Source of the DNA: Podarcis cretensis
Taxonomy: Eukaryota
Assembly: GCA_951804945.1 (NCBI GenBank)
Contig: OX638151.1
Coordinates: forward strand, 61,442,001 to 61,506,000
Direction of reading: 5' to 3'
Length of the DNA stretch: 64,000 nt
Position numbers and translations under genes: made by a program. The notes under the pieces are model-generated. The model saw only the letters and a list, made by a program, of their open reading frames with translations, was not told the DNA's origin and did not search any database. Positions within the stretch are counted from its first letter, which is position 1, and every line of letters starts with the position of its first letter. Below are positions 52,731 to 64,000 of this stretch, piece after piece.

Positions 52731-54830
52731 AGGATTAAGAACAAGAGCTTGTCCCACAAGACCATGACTGGTCCAAGGACCTTCCGTGACTAATCCCTAC
52801 ACTACACCATTGGGATTCCAGCAGCATGGTAATTGCAAAGCAAGTTTTCCATTTAGGTTTTGCATGCTTGACCCCAGAGCGACTGAACAAGCAAATGGAA
52901 AGTAATTATTACCAAAGTTAAATGGGAAAGAGCAAGTCAATTTATGTGCCACTTCAAGAACAGGCTTCAGAACCACCTATGACTACCCAGGCTGACATCA
53001 TTTAAACACAGAACCCACCCCTGCATATTACACTAGAATCCTTCCATCCTGCCCTTCTCTGGACTGGCAGCATTATGAGTAGTCCTGCATTGTCTATATT
53101 ACAAATGTGAGAAGGAAAAGTAGCAGTGCAACCATGGAAACATTACCCAATGGCCTTTGTTAAGGAGTTCATTGTCCTTGAAAACATGCTAACTCAATAC
53201 TGCACAATAATGGGCTGATCAACCTTAGGCATAAAGCTTCTGCACAAGATTAGTTGTTATTAATTCTAATGAATGTCTTTAACATTGCAATTCCTGTCCA
53301 ATCTCATTATTAGATAAGCACAAGGGAACATGCATTAAGGCACACTTTAGAGTGCAAGGCCAGAGCCATTTTGTTGAATCTCTACCATTTGCAAGGTTTA
53401 GAAAAAAGCAGACCATTTAGTGCTAAGTATTCCTTAGGAGGAAAGAACAAAAACTAGAACTTCAGGGAACGTATACTAATCGTAAATCTCATCAAAGGTG
53501 AGGTGAAAGGATATTTTAATTTAAATACACATGGCTGTAATATTTCACATTACCATAAGGATACGTAGAAAACGTAAATGGTTTTTTGTTTTACGGATTA
53601 TGCTCATGTCTCAGACTTTAGCTTTCTACCTTTACAGGCAAAGGCCAAGTGCCCATAGCTGTCCTCAAGCATGCAAGAAATCTAACTCCCCAGTAGACTG
53701 TGGCCCCCAGTAGATTGTAGTCAGGAGAGTGCTTTTGGTCAGTCTTCAAAACTACAGTAGGACATAAGGGAAAGGAAATCCTTTAGGTCAATGGTTCCCA
53801 ATTAGCTAAGTACTCTAGAATCCCTATTTTTCAAAAGCCAAGCCATGGACCCCCTACTTTTGAAAGGTTGATATCCTCATACCACCAATTGGGAACAACT
53901 GCTTTAGGTAACTAGAGCTTTAGTTCAGGCATCTTGAATTATTATGGCAAGTTTCAAATTCTGGAAATACAGACTTCAATCCTGAAACGTCTTACTGCAT
54001 GATCGATGAGTAAGCATTGGTAGAAGGAACAGCATACAGATCTCCAGATCTATCAACAGCTTTTCCTATCATGCTTACTTACAGATTAAGGGTACTTCTA
54101 AATATACATGCTTCAAACTCATGGGATGGTTTTACATTTCCAATCTGCGATATATGGCCTAGCTGATCTGAAAGCCAGGAAGAAGCTAAGATAAATGAAT
54201 GGATACATTAAAAGTGCAAGGGGAAAAGCTCATGTTTGGTGGAAACAGATGCTTGACTAAGGGTATGTGTATGAGAGATCTATATAGTATCAGAAAGCCC
54301 TCAGCATAGACACAAGACAAAGCAAGCAGTACACGCAGGTTCCATTATCCACCCACTTGTTATGTGAAAATTCACTTATCCAAACACAAAAATTATGCCA
54401 AGCTTTGCTATATACTCCATGAGTTCAGATATCCAAACAGTCAAAGTTTGCCTGCTTCCTTACTTGCTTGTGTTTGGCGTTTTGGCAGCAGCCATTTTCA
54501 GGCAGATACTATGGGGGCGGGGAGTGTAGGGGAGATCGGAGAGAATCAGAGAGCAGGATAGATACAAAACAGTTTTTCCTTTGTTTCTTTTGATGGTTGG
54601 CTGCAGCCATTTTAAGGAAAAACCATAACGGGAAGGGGGAGAGAGATCATGGCTAAGAAATGACCTCATAGGAAAGAATGGAAATCATCAGCTTGTTATG
54701 TGAACACTCACCTAACGAACACTTTCCTGGGAATACTGTGTTTGGAAAGCGGGACCTGCATGTATATCTGTGGTTATGTCCACAATGAAATAGATAATCA
54801 GATTTCACAACGTGGAAAGGTATCTCTTAC

Positions 54831-54946
54831 CACAATATGTAGCCAATCGAAAAGGTGCACACAGCAACCAAGCCACAGGTCCTGCTGGGATATTCATGAT
54901 GTGTTGTTCTCATCTCAATTAATATAAAAGGCAAAACGGTTGTATG
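54831..54946 (-). CDS. AIG1: AIG1 coding exon (116 nt; exon 4 by human numbering)
   Basis: [39 protein letters not shown]; AG/GTAAGA flanks. The first codon corresponds to the catalytic His (human H134). Upstream exons were not found in the window. Confidence 0.96.
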
Positions 54947-57924
54947 CTAGGATGAAAACAAAATGGTAGAAAACAGTTCATGCAAGAACTTTCCAAATGT
55001 CCATAATAAAAATATTATCAAATATTTCTAGGATAACCTATAAGTAATGGGCACTTTACAACTAAACTTAACCATTTGCATTCTTTAATTCTAGCTGAAC
55101 AGTAAGGCTTAACTCTTCCACTGAAATTAATGGGATACAGCACAATTCTGTTGCATTTCATCCGAAGTAAGTTTCACTGTGGTCAATAGGGTTTACTCCT
55201 TAGCGTTTAGGATTCCAGCCCTAGAAGTGCTTAACTTTAACTGGATAATGTCCAACATCTTTTTAGGATATGGCAGAAGATTTTCAAAGACATCTTTCTT
55301 TTTTAAGTTTACCTAGAAAAAGGCTGCTTCGATCAACATTTTCAATAAAACAGGAACAGTCAGTCTGTCCTCTGGCAGAGGAGAAACTTGATTCCTGCTG
55401 AGCTGTATTTTGTGGTTTCAGGTTCACAGCTAATAGGGCAGAATCAGCATAAATCTAAGCATTTAGATGCTGCAAGCTGTGATCAGGAGGTTAACTGAAT
55501 AGTAAACCAATAATAGTGGACTTATTGGGAAAAGAACATTATATGCAAAGGGTGGAGCTAGCTATTAGAAGAAACATGGAAGTGCTTAGCAGTTACTGCC
55601 ACCATTCAATTCTTTCTTCTTCCCACCAATGGCCCCATTTGCACATAACTCTAGACCATAAAAGTATGGTTTAATAAGCTACAGTGTGCACGAATTGCAC
55701 GCTAGTGCAAGCAGACTAAATGGTCCTACTTTGCTCCTCCCTTCGTGTGAGTAGATAAACAAACCACAAAGTGGACAGCTTAGCACAACAGCCTAAACTG
55801 GGATTGTGATTTGTTTTACCCCAGCACATACACAATCCCTAACCACCTTAAATCATGATTGTTCTTGCTTTAACAACCATGTGCTTATTAGGGTGAAACG
55901 AAGCGTGATCCTACAACCAGACACCATGCCAAGCTCTCCACCTAGTAGTTTGCTGACATGATCATGAAAATGGAAGAGCAAGGTAGGAGTTATCAGGCTA
56001 CATGCACTAGCACACAACCCCTATTCATATGGGTTACCAAGGCCAAAGTTATGTGTGAACATAGCCATTTGCAAAGGACAAATCCAGATAGTATGCCATT
56101 AGACTGTGCATTTCTCTGCTCTCATCTCTCATGCCATGGGAAAGGCAAAATGCACAGCACGTGGGCATCATGTCACATGCTGTCTTATACCTTATGCTGA
56201 TGATTTTTCAACAGAAGAGCTTTAAAAGACGCACGAAACACCTATGCCATTATAACACACTTGGCTGGGAAGAAGACAAAAAGAAACATGGCATAGGAAC
56301 AGTTAAGGGTTTCTTGCAACAGTCTGTTCCACCCAAAATATAATAATTTTTGCAAGTTTTAGGAAACAGGTGCAGTGAGAATCAGTGATATGTTACACAT
56401 AACAGTGTCAATCTAGACATCTCTGGGTTTTTTAAAAAGTGATACTACTCCAGAAGTACCATTGGTAAAACTTTCACCATCTGAAACTGCTATTGAGAAG
56501 AACGTGTTTCATGAGACGGATGATACCTTATTATATCTATAATGGAAAAGCAGGATATTCAAAGTGGGTGTCTAGTTAATGGGAATCCATGAGTAAGTCT
56601 GAACCCCACTGAGGATAAGAGTCCTGGTAGTAGCACTCATCCTTTTATGGAGGATTATTACCGTTAACTGAGACACAGGATGCACTCTCTGCAGTAGCCG
56701 CAAGCACTTCATTAATTATTATTGCATAGTTCATGGGTGTTAGCAGTATATTATCTAAGTAAAGGCCAGTGTTGTGACGATGACTTGGAAAACACAGGAA
56801 TCAGAGATAACAAATTAAATCGATGTAGGAGGTTAATGCTTTGTGGGTATTTAGCAACACTTCCTTTTTTAATGCAACCTCCTTTCTTCCGCAGCGTTAT
56901 AGCTACGGAGGATACACTAAATCTGAAATAAACAGAGTGGCATAGTAGATCACTCTTTGCTCTTCACTGTTGCTTTGACAAAACAATATATAAAGTGCAA
57001 CTGCATACAGTGCAACTGCAGCTGTGGCAATGGGCACAAGTCAGAACCACTACTGCACTGCAACTGCTGGCCATTTCAAAGGGACTTGCACAAATCTCAC
57101 TGAAACGGGAGGTGGTTGCCCAAAAGCAATGTATGCTAGAATACATCTACTATCTTTGCTAAGGGGCCAAAATTGAAATCTGAAAATATGTAAGAGATTG
57201 AGTTGGCGGTGGGGAAACCTTTCCTAAATACTGTTGCTACAGTTTCTGTATAGAATAGAATAACTGATACAGAATAGGTAATTTTTTCTTATTTCTTGTA
57301 GTAAAGACAACCCAGATAATTAGATCACAAACCTACTTAATCCAGAGACGCTTGCAGCTGAATGTGTAAAGTGTCTCCATTGAAAAAAACATTAAGCATG
57401 AGGTGACAAGGCAATACAAAAAGTTCAAATTGCAACCATCAAATGTTGATGGTATACGTAAGTGAACCTTAGCCCCAGTTCATGCATGACATCAATGGCT
57501 GTCACTTCTCCAAATATCTACAATGTATGCTGTTCCACTAATGAATGAAATCATGTAGATGGCTGGATCACACAGAAGATCCCACATCAGTGCTGCACTC
57601 CACTAACATATTAATCAGGCCATGCACTTTACTGGCACCCATGCGCTTCTTCCCTACAGACTGCACACCAGGCAGTAGGCCATGGAGCACATATGAAAAG
57701 TGCTTATCTTCAAGCCAGAGGATGGCCCTTTAAGAGGCCCTTTAGTTACACAAAATAAGGTGAAGTTAGGAGAGGTGGACCGGAGGCAGCTCTAAAGGTC
57801 TCAGTACACTTCTAACCTTTGTCAGAGCAAGTTGCTCACTAGGAGCTATCCTTGGTGCTGCTGTAACTCACCTGCCTTGCCCTGTGAGCACCACTGTGAT
57901 ACAGGAACAAGACAAGGTCTGTCC

Positions 57925-58030
57925 TGGTTGTAGTTAGGTTGTCAGGCTAGGATAGGAGAGGCCCAGGTTCAAATCCCAACTCTGCCGTAAAGTTCACTGT
58001 TGACATTGGGAATGTCACTATGGGCTCCCT
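57925..58030 (+). mobile_element. Old tRNA-headed (MIR/Ther1-related) SINE fragment
   Basis: GGTTGTAGTTAGG...GGCCCAGGTTCAAATCCCAACTCTGCC...TGACATTGGGAATGTCAC: B box plus core-like segment. Confidence 0.55.
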
Positions 58031-58250
58031 CAATTTCCATCAGCATGCAGGGAGGGGCGGTTTTGCAGTGTCTGTGGCAAAATCACCCTCATGCCGCAGT
58101 GAACAATAAAAATGATGCTCCCACTGGCAACTATCCCCCCGCCCCCATGGCTAACTACCATGGGGGAAGCAGGGGTGTGGTTTTTGATGTGATTGCAACA
58201 CGAGAGGGAAGGGTTAAACTAACAGAAATCCTTCTGCACCCAGGATTAGA

Positions 58251-58252
<2 letters not shown>

Positions 58253-58293
<41 letters not shown>
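58253..58293. repeat. (AT)n microsatellite
   Basis: Visible dinucleotide run. Confidence 0.95.
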
Positions 58294-58296
<3 letters not shown>

Positions 58297-61200
58297 GCCA
58301 CTGGCATCCCTGCAAGCGATACATTTAACATAACATTTAGTTAGGCCCCAGGAGAGGCCATCCATCAGAAACAGCAAGCTGAGCACTATGCTTATATTTA
58401 AATGTTTAAGGTCCCTATTGAGTACTGACTCTGTTCATTGAGGATATAAAGACTGTACTAATGCTTAGTGCAACCACAATAACCACTTTCCCGTTCGGTC
58501 AATCAATTTAAGAATGAATATTTTGAATATGTTAATCTACACCAGGGCAGGGGAACCTTTTCCAGGAGCCACGTGCTACTGGTTGGTGGTGCCAAAGGCA
58601 AAAGCTGGCAAAGCAGTCAATGTAAAATGCTAGTTTCTACACACACTCACACCCCCCTCTCTATCCTGCATGCAGGCAAGTAAGAATCATCATTAGAGAT
58701 AAAGGAGGCATTCCAGATATAAGACAGAGGTAGGGATATGCATCTGGCTGGTCGGCCAAATCATTATCTCCACACCCCCTGGGTGGCCAAGTTTGGCAGG
58801 TGGACAAGGGCTCCTACATGTCAATTACTTGATATCACAGTTACGTCAGATGACTCATTTTACCCATGAGGTTTGAAATCAAAACAAAAAAGGGTGTGAA
58901 ATGCTTCTCAAGTATTTCCCAACAGCTCATTGACAGTGCCTACAAAGCCCCTTTTGCCCAAGCCCCAATATGACATTCTATGACATCAGGTGTAAGGACA
59001 GTGGGTGTGGCTTGGCCAAAATGGTGGGCAGCCCAAATCAGTATGTCTGGTAGGGCTAATTACAGCTGTAGGCCAGATGTTTTGCACCGTTGGGGTGTGG
59101 GCAAGGACAAAAATGAGAGGCTGGAGGGCTGTATTTGGGTTCTGAGCCTGAGATTCTCCACTCCTGAACTACAACTTCAATTGTTCACAAGTATAGACCA
59201 CTACACCATGAGATGTTAAAGGTGTGTCTCCATCGCTTGTGAAAAACACTTTATGCATACTAGGAGACATACAGAAGAAAAATTGTATCAACACAGTTAA
59301 AGCTGTGTCCAATTTTTATGGATTTGTGCTTTTGACTTACATTATATATCCAAACAAAATGCCAGTAGAATGAGATCAAAAATATTGTTAAGTGTAGTGG
59401 ACAGAGCGGAATTTTTGCAACTGAAGTTTTAAAAGAAAAACTTGACCTTATCTTGCTATTTCAAGAGTCTTTCATATATCAGAATTAGTTTATAAAACCA
59501 AGTTGCTGACAGAAATCAGATTGCTTCTGTCAAGAAGGAAATGGCTCTTCATGACCTATGACAATATTATTTGTTTTATTTATTTATTTCATAAAATTTA
59601 TATGCTGCTTGATTGTAAAAAAAATCGCAAAGCAGTTTACAAAAATATAAAACAATAAAATCAATAAAAATTCACAGCCATACTTTAAAACATACAAAGG
59701 TTAAAATACTAAAACAGATTGAAATTACTCCAACTTTCTGAGCATCTGGATTGGCATGTCTAAATAAAAATGGCATCCTAAGAACAGCTGTCAATCGCAG
59801 TAGATGTGCTGAGAGATAAGTTATGCTTAAGGTTATGAAAGGGTGCCAGTTTGTGGTTCCAGCTTCTCCTAATTAGTTTTTCAGTTATGGCAGCTTCCTA
59901 ATGTCTCAGGAGATGGTAGTTGCGAAGGCAAGGACTAAAGACCACTGTTTCAGAGATAATGGTACCTCTTCTGGCAAGATGGAGAAGAGGGAGGAGAGAA
60001 AAAGCTGTTGCTGCATTTCATGTACTACGTTGTGTTTTGCTCCAGTTTAATCATTGGCACTTTCCCAATGCAGTTGCTATGGGTAGTGCTTATTAGAAGG
60101 AAGAAAACTGGTGTCACTGAGTGCTGTTGCTAGGGAAGCCATGGCAGGGAGGTATCTTTATACTGAATTTTAGAAACTTCACCTTTTCTGCAAAGAGACA
60201 TCTATGTGCCACAGCACGTACATAGTCTGGTGCTGCACACAAAGCTTTCTGAATCAGAGCCATGGTATATGATACTATATATGTATGTCTACATATATAT
60301 ATGTATTTTTCAGCAGCAGTTTTTTGAAACTGCTATATAGCTCTAAGATTTTGTTTCTTAAATCACAAGAAACCCTCACAAATAGGTGAATGTCACACAT
60401 TATCAGTAAAATCAGCAATCCTGATTCTAAATTTATTTTGAATGATGTCTAAAATGTTATTTAAATAGCATCCCCTCCATTTAAAAGGATAATTATGTAA
60501 AGTCTTATGAATTAACATATTGTTAATCCTGCCTGATCTATTACAGATCCTGCGTGATACATTACAGCATCTTCACTCCAGATAGAAACAAGCTTGTTCT
60601 GATTTTATTTTGCTCTTGTTTCTGCTAAAATGAATGTTGTTTCGATTGATCAGTGAAAATCTACAACCACCAATATATGCAATTAAGCCTGCTGTAGGGA
60701 CATTTTAAAATCTATGCCGTGAAACTTTAAAGGTTGACTTAAACCATCTTGTTTGACTTACAAGACCAGTTACAACACTGCTTCATGTAAAAAGCATTAA
60801 GCTAATGCTGGATCAAGCTACATTGTCAAACATGCTTCAGCATAATTAATCAAAAATATTTCATAAACCAATTGCCTCCAAGAGGTTATCGATTTCTTGT
60901 CACGACACATTTTCCTTATGAGGTGCTGCAATGCTCGTGTCTCAGATGTGCTGGCATGTATTTTTTTTTACTGACTAAGCCTTAATCCATCTTCTTGGCC
61001 TCCTGCCACTGGTGCACTGACATCTGCAACTACTCATGTCTGACAGCCTCATGCATGAGCTATGTGGCTTCAAAGTTGGACAAGATTAGTACAGGAGACT
61101 TTCTGTATACTTTGAACATAAATTGAAAGCAGATATGTACAAGGGCAGATTTTGAGAGGGTGACATTACAAATAACATCAAGTAAAATTATACATCTTTA

Positions 61201-64000
61201 TCTATGCCACACACACACACACACACACACACTTGACGAAGATTTTAGCGTTTAGTAATATGTATTTCCCCTCTACGTCATTCATCTGTGCTTCCATATT
61301 GTCAGGCTGTTTTATGAATACTTTTGCACCTATTGCACAGTGACAACTGAACACACACTGAAAATACAAGCACCTAGTATTTCTGTGAAGCTGATATCTT
61401 TGCACAACATGCACAAATATCTTCGACCTGCTGTCTGGTGCTTGTTGCTCCATTTCCCCCCCGCCCGCCCCTCTATGAAGTAAGGAAACAAAACTATCCC
61501 TTCATTTGTCAGATGAAGATTCCAGACAACAACAGATGGACAGCCAGCACCATCTTGCAAGGCCACAGCTGGCATGACAACCATTCACTTCAATGGAATG
61601 CTTTCTACACTTTGCTTCAGAAACATGCTTTGACAATATGACAGCCCAGCCACAATCCCACAGTTATTTATAAATACCTTCAACTTATTCAAGATCATTC
61701 CAACACTGGATATCTACGGTAAATCAAGAATGGAATCCAACCCTCAACACTTCTAGTCTGCAACCTCTGAGCTGTTTATTGCAGCCAATGGCAACACAGC
61801 TATGCAGATCATTGGCAGTGCCAGCAATTCCTTTTTCTACATTCTCTTTTTTCCTGGGTAGTACAAAACACTGTTTGTAAGCATGTTTTGTAATGTATGA
61901 TGTACGTCACACACACACGGTTTAATTAACCCTGGGTGTGGAACTGGTAGCTTACAATTAGTATTTCCTAAATATATGGCCAAACACTTCCCTAATTTAG
62001 AATCAGACCAGGTATGCTGCATCACCTCGATGTCTGTGAATGTTGCATGTCTTTGAAGGAAAAACAAAAGGTTGTTGCTCATTTCTATTCATTCTTATAC
62101 CTACAAATTAATGTTCAGAATAAACTACACTTACAACACAGTCCTATACATGTCTACTCAAAGCATAAGTCCTATTGAGTTGTTTGGAGCTTACTCTTAG
62201 GTAACTGGGTACAGGACTGCAGCCTCAGTTGGACTTACTTCTATGTAGACATGCATACACTTGCACTCTCAGGCTGCCATTATATGCACATTCATTCCAT
62301 TTCATTCAGTAGGGCCTATTTCTGACCACGCATAGGCCGACTCACCTCCTAACAATGTGGTAGATCCCACCCACCCACATTCCACACACTAAAAAGTGAA
62401 CAAGAACATTTGGTTTTAAAGTAACCAGCTCTGTAATCCTTGGATAATAAATTAGACAGGGTTTGCTTTTAAATGCAGCTAACCTTTGAATGCTGACAAA
62501 AGTTTATTATTGTCTTATTTTAGCTGGTTTTACTGTTGTTGCTTTTAAAAGCCTTAATTCTATATAGAAGGCTGCACATGGCTTTTAAAAGCAACAACAC
62601 AAACCACCCACCAACTGGGGCCCTAAAACAAAATACTTCAGTGTGGAGTGCTTCTCTTCAGGAATCTTTGGGCAAGGGGAAAGATAAACTTGTGCCCATT
62701 CTCAACTGCATTGATTTGTTTAATTTCTCAACTGACATCTATGGGCAGCTCTCGCTCTCTCTCCCATCCTTGGGGACAATTAGAAATAGTGTCGTGTTGT
62801 AAAACAGGAAATGACCTCTTCAGAAAATGAGATAGTTCTTCCTATTTATTATAGTCATTAGGGGAAAAAAAGGTCTGTGATAGGAGAAAAAATGCTACTT
62901 CTGGTTTTGACTTTATAGGTCTTTCAGGTCTTTTTGATAGGTAAAGTTGCATTAGATGAGTCTGCTTGCACAGGTTTTTTTAAAAGGCCAAGTATGGATG
63001 AGAATCGTGGTAATAATCCATTCTCTTTACACAATCTGCAACAACCTGCCCTTTTTTCTTTCTAAGTAGCGATGGTGGGTGATGTCACATAGGGAGCTTG
63101 CGAATTGAAACAACCTCTGGTAGATGCAAAAGCTCAGTTGGCAGGAAAGAAGCAACCGTCTCTCTCCCCCTGCCCCACCTTACATTCTCCATAGAATGGA
63201 CGGAGGGACAATCATTCTCTTTCTTCACATTGCTGCCAGAGCCCAACTCAAGGGTAAAGACACCCCCACCCCCACTTCCTGAGTTTTGTGCATATAAGAC
63301 AGGGCTCAGAGAAAGGAGCTTACTTGGCTAAGTAAGCTACACTAAAATATATGGACTTCTGCCCCATGTGACCCAGCATAGGGTTAGAGTCATACTATGA
63401 GTTCCATTTCTCAGTGACTCCTGAGCTTAGCAGTCCCAGGGCATGGACTGAAGCCATATTGCTGAACCTAAACTGGCCTGTGTTAGGTCTGGCAAACCAC
63501 CTTAAAACTTATATATGATTACCAGATGGTGGTTTATCCCATTACTTCTCAGCCCAGACCCCTTTAGATTCAGCAGCCGAACCACATCGTGTGATTTCGT
63601 TCCCTGAGCCATCTGATCTAATCTCCTCCACGGGTTGGCCCTGTTCACTAGTGTTCTTGGTATACATTAATCCGTGCTTTGCTGGGTTTCCACTAGCTTT
63701 AAGGCCCGCTGAGAATGATTTTGTTCGTTTCTGTCTTTCAGAATTTAGAAAGCTGAGGACTTTGCCAAAGGTTTAACATTCCTCATAATATGAGACGCTT
63801 GGGAGACATTTGCAAAGGCTTAAGTCAAATGCCTTCCTAAGACACCATCAACAATGACGATCACCTTGGCACAGTCCATTTAAGAGAAGAATGTAATCCA
63901 AAGATGGCTCAAATTCCTAACTACCACAATGTGTTAGAATAGCCCTCGGATTTGTGAGTAGATCCAAATATTCAATCCCCAAATCTCCAGAAGTATTACT

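Overview
Vertebrate genomic DNA, almost certainly a squamate reptile and probably a lacertid lizard (Sauria SINEs, CR1 and L1 relics, many hAT/mariner MITEs). It covers the conserved PEX3-ADAT2-AIG1 locus. PEX3 coding exons 1-10 lie on the minus strand (775-8346; the last exons fall before base 1). They are head-to-head, across a 258-nt CpG-island spacer, with a complete 6-exon ADAT2 gene on the plus strand (CDS 8605-17898, 182 aa). A ~27 kb intergenic region contains a decayed processed PMPCA pseudogene (29692-31532). The last three coding exons of AIG1 are on the minus strand (46672-54946). Exon boundaries were worked out by hand from splice signals and from my recollection of the human proteins. 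Most ORFs in the supplied track are spurious. I found no evidence of a new multi-gene system. The most unusual items are a U12 minor-spliceosome intron in ADAT2 that must end in non-canonical GT...AT, a tRNA-Ile-derived retroelement with a GAT anticodon (possible fossil of ADAT A34-to-I editing), several retrotransposition/repair scars, and MITEs carrying CTCF or ACTACA/ZNF143-THAP11-type motifs.
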